A stretch of DNA of 64,000 nt from Pecten maximus (lineage: Eukaryota): contig NC_047023.1 of NCBI RefSeq assembly GCF_902652985.1, forward strand, positions 40,176,001 through 40,240,000, given 5' to 3'. Below the pieces are notes generated by a model. It was not told the DNA's origin. It did no database searches and saw only the letters and a program-made list of their open reading frames with translations. Every line of letters begins with the position of its first letter. The first letter of the stretch is position 1. The position numbers and the translations under genes are program-made. Of this stretch, positions 53,501-64,000 are shown one piece after another.

Positions 53501-56500
53501 ATATATTTGACAATGCTGCTCACTGAAGGGCTTATATATTTGACAATGCTGCTCACTGAAGGGTTTATATATGACTATACTGCTGCCTGAAGGGTTTACA
53601 TATATAACTTTGCTGTCGCTACAAGGTTTAGATATTTGACTATACTGTCCCTACAGGGTTTAGATATTTGATTATGCTTCTCACTGAATGGTTTAGATAT
53701 TTGACTATGCTGTCCCTACAGGATTTAGATATTTGACTATGCTACCCCTACAGGATTTAGATATTTGACTATGCTACCCCTACAGGGTTTAGATATTTGA
53801 CTATGCTACCCCTGCACGGTTTAGATATTTGACTATGCTTCTCACTGAAGGGCTTAGATATTTAACTATGCTATCCCTACAGGGTTTAGATATTTGACTA
53901 TACTGCCCCTACAGGGTTTAGATATTTGACTATACTGCCCCTACAGGGTTTAGATATTTGACTATACTGCCCCTACAGGGTATAGATATTTGACTATACT
54001 GCCCCTACAGGGTTTAGATATTTGACTATACTGCCCATACAGGGTTTAGATATTTGACTATACTGTCCCTACAGGGTTTAGATATTTGACTTTACTGCCC
54101 CTACAGGGTTTAGATATTTGACTTTACTGCCCCTACAGGGTATAGATATTTGACTATACTGCCCCTACAGGGTTTAGATATTCGACTTTACTGCCCCTAC
54201 AGGGTTTAGATATTTGACTATACTGCCCCTACAGGGTTTAGATATTTGACTATACTGCCCCTACAGGGTTTAGTTATTTGACTATACTGCCCCTACAGGG
54301 TTTAGATATTTGACTATACTGCCCCTACAGGGTTTAGATATTTGACTATACTGCCCCTACGGGGTTTATATATATGACTTTGCTGTTGCTACAAGGGTTT
54401 AGATATTTGATTATGCTTCTCACTGACAGGGTTTAGATATTTGACTATACTGTCCCTACAGGGTTTAGATATTTGACTATACTGCCCCTACAGGGTTTAG
54501 ATATTTGACTATACTGCTTTCTGAAGGGTATAGACATATGACTATTTTGATTCCTGAAGTGTTTCAATATTTGACTATATTACTTTCTGAAGGATTTCTA
54601 TATTGATCTCTGCTGCTTCCTAAAAAGTAACGTCGATTTCGTTCATGTTTTGCCTAATACGGAAGTAAAACATATGCATCATAGTTTACGCTGTTCTCCT
54701 TTTGTTTTCATCGAAGTGTTTTATGTACATGGCAAGATATAGATGATACATTTAATATTCTTTTGAAATTAAAAACACGCAAATTTTGAATAATGCCCAG
54801 TAACTAAAACAAATTACCACCTGCGTCATGTTTCTCAGTCAGTTACATTTCAAAGAAAAAGAGAACGAACGAAATGTCGTAAACCGGAGCGAAAACACGA
54901 AGTATGTCACAGACGGTCTCAGGCGTAAATGAAACGGTCTGAGGAACTAAAACTATTACTACTGTAACTTCAATATCTTTTTGACATTGCAAATAATAAA
55001 TCTTTTTATATACACAAACATAAATATCTAGATTAAGCCAATTAGCTGATCGTTGCAATGTTAAGTAATCGATGTTGACATTATTAGTTAGTCAACACAC
55101 ATACGGAATACTTTCTTCTGACATTCGGAACCTCTTGTTTCAGAATACCAGATCTGTATAAACAAGAGCACCCCTGTGATGACAGATGAGCAACGACTTT
55201 ATACCGTTCTTATGAAAGATTACGACCGGAACACCCGTCCCGTTTTTAACGCCTCTCACCCCGTCAACGTCTCAGTGGGTATCACCCTGACGCAGATTTT
55301 TGATGTAGTGAGTATCTCATTTTGTTGAAGTGAATAGCCTTGTTTGAAGGAGCGGGACGCTTAGTTTGATGAAATGAGCAGCTTATTTCAATGTAATAAA
55401 TAGTTTTTTGTAGTAATTATCTCACGTTTATGTAGTAGCACTTTCGGACTTCATCATCCCTGACAAGTCCTTAACAGTTTAACAGCTGTAGGGTACAGTT
55501 TAAGTCATTGGACACTCTTTTCAAGTATTGAGTATATCATTGTGATGAAGCAAATATCCCATTTCGGGCTATCTCATTTTGTTCCTTGTTCACCAACAAT
55601 ATATATAAAACGTTAGGGATTCCGTGATGATCTTTTTAATATATGTATGTAATAAAAGATAACAGGGATATATTACAAAACAGCAAAGTCTTTCGCATGG
55701 CCTTTCTGTATTCACAGCTGCTGAAGGCAGGTTGATATTTGTTTATATATAATAATCTATATATACACCAAAAAGGGCTGGAAACGTGTAAATTTGCGGA
55801 ACCGTTCAATACGTACGTCGGGTAGATGGCAAATTATGTTATGAAGTCATAGGTTTATTGGCGGATTTTATAATTCCAAACTAACAGAGTATCCTTGTGG
55901 TAAACATTATACATCAGATTTATAATGCATAATTGGCTTTAATGTGTTCATTTATTTTGTCGAAAGTGTATAAAAAAATTTGAAATATTATCATATAGAT
56001 TGGTATTTGAATCTTTGTTTTTGAATTTAAATACATTTTTATTTATTCAGGACGAAAAAAATCAGGTAATCACAACAAACATCTGGCTCGATCAGGTAAG
56101 TTAAACCAACAGTGTTACTATATCCAACGTAGAAAAGACATGTTTAGGCGGTATGCTTGATTTAATTTGTTCCAATATCGCTGTAGCTTTTACACTTCAC
56201 ATGTAAGTTATTATGAAACATTTTGCGGCAGTCATATATAACTATTTCTACCACAAAGCGGTCTTTTGATTGGTCAGGAATTCGAACTTTGACCCGAGCT
56301 GCAATTGTTATTGACGTCATCTCATCTCGGTTTCCTTCCGTCACCTGTACACCTTATTTGCATATGCGAATAAGACTTGGCCACGTTTCTCTTTGATTTA
56401 GGACGATATTATTGTGGTAGAAACAGGTCACACGACTCGTGATTTTTGGACAAGCAATTTATTTTTCATAAGTAACAAAAGACACAAAAAACGTACTCGT

Positions 56501-59500
56501 GTGAAATAAATTCCATATCCAACAACCACTCGTTGTGTAACCTCTATATATCGTATATATATATTGTGAGCAACTCAAGGAATTTACATCACGCTAAAAG
56601 TTGTCGATATCAAAATTACACATGGCAATGGTGAAATGGGAATATGAATGTCAATATAGACAGGGCATCCATAACAATCTGCCCAGCAAACATCAGATCG
56701 TAAATCAACATTACCGTACATTGTCAGAACAGCATGTAATCATCAAACTATGAAATCATCACCCATACTGTTTAGTTCAGAATCATCCATTTAAATTCTT
56801 GCAAAAGCTTATCTGAATCAGGCATATGATCGAGACTACAATTATCAGGTTCAATTTTATTTATATTTTTAATCATCTAGAAACAAGGACAAGTCAAAAT
56901 GATTGCACGCAAGTGTCATTTTGAGAGTATTTGATCATTCCCAGACGATGATTTAAAGTATGTTTATCACAGCAAAAGAAAAAACAGGCTTGATTATAGT
57001 GTCTGAATGGAATCAATACGTCACATGTTGTTGGCGAAGACAGCAAGTGATTATTTTCGTTTTTGTGTCTCTACACCTTCGGCTGTTGTATTTCTAGTCA
57101 TGTTACTTTTTATTGACGTAAAGTGTAAGTGTAAAAAGGTTTAATGTAGTCGCACTATTTTCCAAATGTGACCTACATGTACAGTACATAGAAGCATTAT
57201 TGATAGCCCTGTCTGTTTCAGGAATGGAAGGATGAGAAACTTACATGGGACCCTTCCCAATACAATGGCCTCTCGGTCCTCAGAGTCCCATGCAAGAGTC
57301 TGTGGCTCCCCGATATTGTCCTCTATAACAGGTGAGTATTTATCTATCTATCTGATAGTCCCGAGTCAAATGCCGAATAGGTAAATATATACACCGTCCT
57401 CCTCTATAACAGCTGGATTTACGTATGTCCTTGTAGCTCTATCCTTGTCCTCGCATCTATCTAGTAGTCACGTGACTCGTATACCCGATGTCAATGTCCA
57501 AGCCATAAACACAGCAGAACATAATGTGTAAACTAAAATGTATTGTTGTCGTTTGTTTGTTCACTGAGAATCATAGAATTATACCTCTTACACACTGCTG
57601 CGAGAGAGGTCCGGAATAAGAACTATATGTTAGGAAGAATGCGATAGGGAAACGACGTTTATAATTTAAATGAAGTATTTCTAGATGGGATAAAACAATA
57701 TCTATTAATTTGACTTGTCCTGTCGCCTGTGTGTCTGTTATTGTAAATTATCAAGTTAGTACCGTGTTCATAAAGTAAAACTAACCTAGAAATAATAAGT
57801 TCTCTCTTGACCATAGCATTATAAGCTGTTCATATTTTATTACCCCTGTGTATAGGGCATTTAGCTACTAGCCATCGTCTATTACCCTTGGGAGAATACA
57901 GCCGGAGCTGCCATTCGGCACTATCACATTTTTTTTATTTTCCTTTAATATACTAATTTACAGCTTAGAAACCTGGATTACAACGCAGAATGATGTCTTA
58001 AAATTATTTAGTCTATACCGAAAGAAAATGCCGGCTTTTCTAACTCAGAATATATCATTCGTTGACGAAATATGTGAAACTAAAGTCAATGACCAGATGC
58101 TACATACAATGATATAATTGTAGACGTCCTCTATTTGATGTAAATGAAATACGAGTAAAAATAAAGCAATTAAAATGTATTTGTATTTGCATGTAAACCT
58201 TTTATAAAATTAAAATCGTCAGTCAGTGAAACAAGGTTGAAATGTATGTCTTAAAGGTCTGGACCATGAAAAATAAAGCAAAGAGGGGTCAAATTACACC
58301 ATTTTGTAACGTAATTCATGTAAATCTGTGCCCGAACATGTTCCCTAGCTTAACAGTTCAAGATAGTGTCGCTATATGAGTAATTGCTATCAGCGGTAAC
58401 TATGTTAAAATTGCATCAAAATAATCCAACACCATACGATGCTTTTGTAATTGTTTACTCCCAATATTTAATGCTAGCTATTCGGGAGAACTGGTACTGT
58501 GACAACTGTGATCAGGACGCGAGTTAATAAGGGAAATCATTATAGCGCTCTATTACTTTGACCGTGTGAGTTATTATTCACTAACGAACATTTTGTGATT
58601 CTGAAATCAATTTTCCGTGATCCGAAGGACCCAGAATAATCTCCTAAATCGGCCACCGTGCATAGGAATAAACGTCGCTGTTGTGGACCAAATCATTCAT
58701 CATTTAGATTTGGATCTGACTCACGAGGGCGCTTGACTAAAGAGCGATACTGATCGAAATGACCTCTATGGCGGCGCTTGTCAGCTGTTTAATGACGCAT
58801 TGTGGGTACTGTGACACTCTGGCCATAGTGCAATTGATTTGCGCGCGTGCATGTGTCACCTTTGTATATAAAAAAAAATACCTATCATAGCAAGTTTGCC
58901 AGGAATGAACCAATAACTATGGCCAGCCCGGCATCGGTAAAAAGCGCCGATGTGACTCAGACAAAAATGTTATGGGTCCCACAAAATGTCGGCCATAGTC
59001 ATGCCAGTGATCACCATCGCCAGAAATCTGAAAGCATAAAATACAACAGTGATCTCTTTCTGCTGACTTATCATCAGCCAATGTATACATTTTCTCATTT
59101 TTTTTCTTTTGGTTATTAATGTTATATATATTGTTATCTTTATCATTTGATTTTATTGCTCTCCCGTTTGTAGACGAAGTCTCTGTTCGTTACTGTAATT
59201 GTGATACTAATTTCATTGATTAAGATTGATTGATTCCTTTATCAAGCTAATATACAATTATGTCGGCCACCATGCGATTTTTTTTTTCAATTATACAGAA
59301 AACCCAATTATTCCAGAAACAATTATAAAAGAATAACCAAATACGCAGCAACTAGCATCCATCCTTAGGCACTTGTAGAAACTCAGCCATGATTTCTTTC
59401 CCCAATACAAATTCTTTATCCTCTGTAAACAATATGCCATACTCTTAAGTTTCCTCATCGTGGTTGTATTTCAATTTTCCCGATTTTTAGTCTTATCCTT

Positions 59501-62500
59501 GGCAGTGCATTTTACACGACGGTCGTACTGATTTCATGGTTTATCTAACATACAACAATCCACTTCTGACATCTGCAACCTCAAATTAAGTATTATTACG
59601 TTTAGTATTTTAAAGTATGTTTGTATTTTCAGTGCCGAGGACTACACACAAGGCTTCATGGAGGCGCTAGCGATGGTTTCACATAATGGAAATGTTTTCT
59701 GGCCACCGATCGTCAAGCTCCGAAGCACATGCGCAATAGACATAACATATTTTCCGTTTGATGATCAAATATGCCGAATGAAAGTAGGATCATGGGCGTA
59801 CGACGGATTTCAAGTCGATGTATTCAACAGATCGAACAGTATAGACTTGTCCAACTTTGTCAGCAATGGAGAATGGGAACTCATTGGTGTTAAGGCCGTT
59901 CGCAATGTCGTCAAGTACCAGTGTTGTCCAGAATCTTTTCCTGATGTGACGTTCACTTTACACATCAGTAGGAGGACATTATATTATACGTATAATGTCA
60001 TTATTCCTTGTGTCATGTTGTCAATACTGACGTTGCTTGGGTTCTGGATGAGACCAGACAGTGGCGAGAAAGTGACTTTGGGTTTAACGGTTTTATTGGC
60101 TTTTTCTGTGTTCATGCTGCTGATTGCTGAAAATATGCCTGCCACGTCAAGTTTTGTTCCACTCATTGGTGAGTTGATTTTTTCGTAAATATATTGTCGG
60201 TGATTTAATATTTTAAGGGAACTCTAAAAAAGGAAAATGATGATTACGCAAATACAGAAAATATATAGATATATGTATAGGTATATACATGTATATAGGA
60301 TTAGGATATAACTTTTCCTTCAGGGGATACATTTGTTCATTATTGTGTATGCAGAACGGGGTAGTTAAACTACTCATTGGGTCTGGATGAGGTTCCAGAT
60401 GTCGTATTCCTAGTTTGTAACCATCTATATTTACCTCTAATTGTGGTGCCGTGACCAGGATTTTCTATTCCTAATAGTAGTACAAAATGTATGAACATAT
60501 ATATCATAAAAATCAAAGACGGTAAACGAGGGAATAATGAAATTAAAGGTTATTTATTTTCTATCTCTCCTTCTCCATATCTATGCAATTACTTCGCCTT
60601 ACAAAGAAAGTCGTTATCAGTGCATATTGCACAACGTATAAGTCTATCTTCCATTTAGACTAAACATATTCAAATAAATTTCACCAACCGTGGCTACGCA
60701 TGTGCGTCTAGTGTGTTTATGTTCATTAAGCTCTACTGAAATACAATCTTTATGGATAGATTATCGATATTTTCCCGGCTTTTAAAAGTACAATGTCCAA
60801 AATTAAGATAGTGAGATGTAACGAGATTAACGATAAAAAAAGGGGGGGAAAAGAAGATATAGGTCCCTTAATGTTCGCTTCATGTTTGAAGACATTCTAG
60901 TGGCATTACCTGTAACCCACGTTATAATGTTTCGCGGTCCGAAATGTCGTGTTAAGTAGAAATAACTTTACATTATAACGAGTCCAAGTGCAAGCTAATT
61001 TTTTTGATATTCTTCATAATCCAAATTATATTCTAGAGAAAATATTAGTTCTCCAGTTTCAGTGTAAAATTTTCTATGTGGTGTATATTGTATCCTAATA
61101 CTATAAAATACTAACAGAACAGTTGTTATTATGCCGGATACGAGTTTACTGTAATATTGAACATTATACAATTTCGTCATTCGTCCTTACTTGTGAATTG
61201 GAAATCCTCTGATCTCCCTAGTGTACCTAGCTCTGCGGGTACCTTCTTTATAGTAACGTTAAAGGTTTAGCGACATCCCTATGATGTGTAGACGCGCCTT
61301 CACTTTCCTGCCATTAATGCTGAACATGAAAGAATACTGGACATTAAAAAATCAAACAAATCTTTTTTGCCTCACGACTTTGAATTCCCTTAAGGAATTC
61401 GTGACTTTAGTCTGCATTAAGACGGTAAACATTGAAAATTGTCTGCCAGTATCAAGGAAATTTTATCACTACACCATGTCGACAAAGCAGCTGAAAAGTC
61501 GTTAAACCGTTGTGTGTAGAAGCAGCTCAACCAGTAGGTTATCGAAATGTTCCATCAACAGAATCATCAAAATCAAAAGACCCTGAAGTTGAATTGAATG
61601 AAGGGCAAAACCAGCAACAGACAAAAAATCAATCAACATCACGACCATAGTATCATTATCAAAATGAGAAAAACAAAACGATTTCCTTCTGTGGTGACGG
61701 TCAAAATGTCAGCCTATACGTTTTCAAACCTGAAAGCAATACAGTACACACTTCTGCTTTTTTATATATCCGTAAATGTCATATTCAAGTTTTATTTGCA
61801 ATAATGCAGTATAACCTTTGCGTAGGTCGTAAACATGTAAGAAGATCTTTTCAATTTCAAGATAGTTTATTGTTAACACAACAACGATAATATAATAAGC
61901 AGTACAAGAAGAGATTTAACAGTACACCTGTACACATAGGGAGTAGACAACAGGCTAAGTATATAATGATTGGGTTAATCTATATGACATGTACTATAAA
62001 TATATAAAGGAATTGCGTACTAGGGCAATATTGGTACAAGTGATTGAATAATTATAATGAGAAATCACATATTCCCTCTCGAACGCCGGCCACGTATCCT
62101 CAGGTGAAGATCAGTGGTGCTTGGTTCGACGCTCCCGAACCCGTGTTGATTTGTGTTTGTGTTGGAAGCTGAGAAACTCTGGATGACATGCGACAAGTCT
62201 CACTATGTTGTTCAGTGAGGTAGTCACCAACTACTACAAGGATTTTTCGTCTCAAAATAGCACTGGCTGTTCCCGTAGCGATAAATCTAGCAAAACAAAA
62301 CAAACACTCATTCTGGTATCTTTTGTTATTGATATGCTTTCTTCGCATAGTATTAGAAACAGAGTAAGCGAATTGGCCATTTATCTCGTAAGGCATACGC
62401 GCTACCAAGCTAATTGGCACGCGTAACCTCTCCTATTCAAAAGGTCTACCTACAGTGTATATTGTTTATGATATCAATTAAGTTTTTGGGTTGTGTATGT

Positions 62501-63120
62501 GAAAATTGATATTGTTTGATACTTTGTATTTGTTTTATGTATTCATTTTACTTTCAGGTATTTACTTGACCACGGTAATGGCGCTTACCTCGATGTCCGT
62601 CATTCTAGCAGTTGTGACTTCAAATATCAACCAACGTGGATTCAAAGAGACCGATCTACCATCTTTCTTCAGGGGATTCGTCATATTTCTCAGCAAATCC
62701 ATGTGCATGAAACTCGCGCATATTAATAATGACAATCTGGACGAAGTCAAATTAGAACAAATTCGAAACGGCATGCGGGATAATTATACACGACATATGA
62801 AAACTACGTTTTCGAACGACTCAGGCTGTAATTTAATAGAATATGAGAATGGCGAGCCTCGGGCTTCAGGTAACGCAAATGCAAGAATAAATCAAGGAGA
62901 TCGAAATTGGGAACTCCAGGAAATTCTTAATCGTCTTCAAATTCTTATTCAAAAGGAAGAAGAGAAGGAGAAATCAGACGCATTGGCAAAGCGTTGGATG
63001 GAAGCTTCGGAAGTCATAGACCGGTTTCTGTTTTGGGTGTTTGTTTTAGGAACTGTTATTTCTTCCGTATTTCTGCTGATGATATATCCAACTATCAAAA
63101 AAGTGTCATTAGATAGCTGA
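38468..63120 (+). CDS. CHRNA10-like: Nicotinic acetylcholine receptor alpha subunit, alpha9/alpha10-like (Cys-loop ligand-gated cation channel); join(38468..38537,55144..55307,56051..56095,57222..57331,59633..60168,62558..63120), 495 aa
   Basis: Six exons with GT-AG boundaries and compatible phases (1,0,0,2,1) join into one ORF of 1488 nt. It contains a signal peptide, DEKNQ, WLPDIVLYN, the Cys-loop CAIDITYFPFDDQIC, loop B GSWAYDG, vicinal cysteines YQCC (alpha-defining), M1, M2 preceded by SGEK, M3 and M4 (VIDRFLFWVF). One large exon from just after YN to VPLIG resembles the vertebrate CHRNA9/10 layout as I recall it. Subtype is family-level, not proven orthology. Confidence 0.92.
39298..39490. 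other. Assembly gap (193 N) within nAChR intron 1
   Basis: Run of n characters. Confidence 0.99.
41968..43600. repeat. 38-bp minisatellite, ~43 copies (AATCAATTAGATATACCAAACCTACAACTGTTCTACGG), in intron 1
   Basis: Tandem array with degenerate edges. Confidence 0.97.
45114..45139. repeat. (TA)n microsatellite
   Basis: About 13 TA units. Confidence 0.9.
46478..46510. repeat. (GAATT)n microsatellite
   Basis: About 6.5 perfect pentamer units. Confidence 0.9.
47666..47860. mobile_element. Terminus of a dispersed non-autonomous element with an internal inverted repeat (copy 1), ending in a 31-bp triplication
   Basis: Shares GTAGAAACAGGTCACA and CAACAACCACTCGTTGTGTAACCTCT with 56417-56552. GTTGTTGCATATGGTATTTCTTTCAC pairs with GTGAAAGAAATAC...ATATACAACAAC. 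Confidence 0.6.
48316..48745. repeat. Degenerate 40-bp minisatellite, ~10 copies (TAGTTGTATTAGATCTATATATTCTCAATGACACGGTATA)
   Basis: Tandem array with small insertions. Confidence 0.92.
53460..54600. repeat. 32-bp minisatellite, ~35 copies (GGGTTTAGATATTTGACTATACTGCCCCTACA), about 0.5 kb upstream of exon 2
   Basis: Homogeneous core at about 53880-54360 with diverged flanks. Confidence 0.96.
55144..55307 (+). CDS. nAChR coding exon 2 (EYQICINKSTPVMTDEQRLYTVLMKDYDRNTRPVFNASHPVNVSVGITLTQIFDV)
   Basis: Acceptor cttgtttcag, donor gtgagt; typical N-terminal helix EQRL...Y...RPV and beta1 strand. Confidence 0.93.
56051..56095 (+). CDS. nAChR coding exon 3 (DEKNQVITTNIWLDQ, loop D)
   Basis: Canonical 45-nt nAChR exon; acceptor atttattcag, donor gtaagt. 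Confidence 0.95.
56417..56552. mobile_element. Second copy of the same dispersed element terminus, in nAChR intron 3
   Basis: Same GTAGAAACAGGTCACA and CAACAACCACTCGTTGTGTAACCTCTATATA blocks in the same orientation as 47666-47860. Confidence 0.6.
57222..57331 (+). CDS. nAChR coding exon 4 (EWKDEKLTWDPSQYNGLSVLRVPCKSLWLPDIVLYN, loop A)
   Basis: Canonical 110-nt nAChR exon; acceptor ctgtttcag, donor gtgagt. Confidence 0.95.
59633..60168 (+). CDS. nAChR coding exon 5 (Cys-loop, loops B/C, M1, M2)
   Basis: Acceptor gtattttcag, donor gtgagt after VPLIG; overlaps ORF 59658..60188. Confidence 0.96.
62558..63120 (+). CDS. nAChR coding exon 6 (M3, cytoplasmic loop, amphipathic helix, M4, stop)
   Basis: Acceptor ttactttcag; GIYLTTVMALTSMSVILAVVTSN (M3) and WMEASEVIDRFLFWVF (M4); TGA ends at 63120. 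Confidence 0.95.
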
Positions 63121-63453
63121 GACAAACCAATGATGTCACAGGGCAAAATCATACGTCTTCCTTGCGTTTGTTTTACGCGTGTTTGGATTATGTGACACGT
63201 GGGTGATTTCATATACGGATTACTCGTCAAATGTCTGTCGATTTTTCAGTGAAGATTTGCGCGACTCGTAAAGAGCCGACATTTTCGACGAGGACTCGTC
63301 ACAATTTGTCAATTTATGATGGGTATTTATTTGATTCGTTTTCGATTTTCGGTGTGCTTTTGCATAATGTAAGAAAACACATTTTGCAAGACGGATGAAT
63401 GTGACTTGTCAAAATACATCATCGGAATCCAACTAAGATTAATGTGAATCGTA

Positions 63454-63788
63454 AATAAATATCGGCAGTTTCTGAGGTGGATTTACCTACATTTTGTAAC
63501 ACCACACTGTAGCCATCATCCAACTTGACGGTCTTATTACATAATTTGAATATGATCGTACGGTAGACTTTATGTTGGTGGTGAAACATATTTATGCATA
63601 ATATGTATGTTTTTTTTCTAGATACGCACGAATGCACTATTACCAAAAACAAGCGTTGATAAAAACTTTACAGTCTCATATTCATTAGAATCCATATCGT
63701 TCCTTTTTATACAATTGCAGCAGTCCCATTTGTTTGTTTGTTTGCCAAAAGTGCAAAATGCCACTTCAATACAATTTTTAGAAATAAA
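63454..63788 (+). promoter_or_regulatory. Candidate polyadenylation signals (AATAAA at 63454 and 63783) in the nAChR 3' UTR
   Basis: Hexamers downstream of the stop; common by chance in AT-rich DNA, and the UTR may extend past the window. Confidence 0.25.
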
Positions 63789-64000
63789 GTATATTCTCGT
63801 TTTGTTTTGCAGTTTTCTAATAGTACATATATAATGAATGAACGATTCCTATTGAAGTGGAAGTATCTTTTATATATGATAGACAACGCTTGGTCATCAT
63901 TTCTTCGGCCTATTGCATCATTGTTTTGTCATGATCAAAAATCGCACTTATCAAGGACAAAATCACGCCGGCATTAACGGGATTTAATAGCCTATAAATA

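Noticed and set aside
53880-54360. Interstitial telomeric repeat (AGGGTTTAG)
   Set aside because: Only one partial plant-type unit per 32-bp monomer and no (TTAGGG)n run.
9811-54600. CRISPR arrays (units of 32-46 bp)
   Set aside because: Head-to-tail repeats without unique spacers, no cas genes, and an intron-containing eukaryotic context.
55308-59632. Duplicated mutually exclusive nAChR exons or a second nAChR paralogue in the window
   Set aside because: I saw no second DEKNQ, WxPD or Cys-loop coding segment on either strand; a hidden one in the N gap cannot be excluded.
59984-63230. Minus-strand ORFs overlapping exons 5 and 6
   Set aside because: Antisense shadows of the real coding exons with no independent motifs.

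Overview
AT-rich eukaryotic genomic DNA with spliceosomal introns and one 193-N assembly gap. Repeat types and the frequent TACATGTA motif suggest a bivalve mollusc (inference). The one intact protein-coding gene I can support is a + strand nicotinic acetylcholine receptor alpha subunit (alpha9/alpha10-like, cation-type). I reconstructed it by hand as six coding exons (38468-38537, 55144-55307, 56051-56095, 57222-57331, 59633-60168, 62558-63120; 1488 nt, 495 aa), with the signal-peptide exon 16.6 kb upstream of exon 2. The rest is non-coding: two ~5.2-kb minisatellite arrays with higher-order structure, several smaller 32-57-bp arrays, a truncated Crypton-type tyrosine recombinase, SINE and Helentron-like remnants, and a few decayed coding fragments. 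The long repetitive ORFs are artefacts of the arrays. There is no CRISPR array and no prokaryotic system. I found no demonstrated new biological system. The best leads are a shared CTACA/TTAGA core across unrelated minisatellites, signs that arrays arise from transposon termini, an E-box/AGGTCA motif cluster, and atypical residues and splice options in the receptor.
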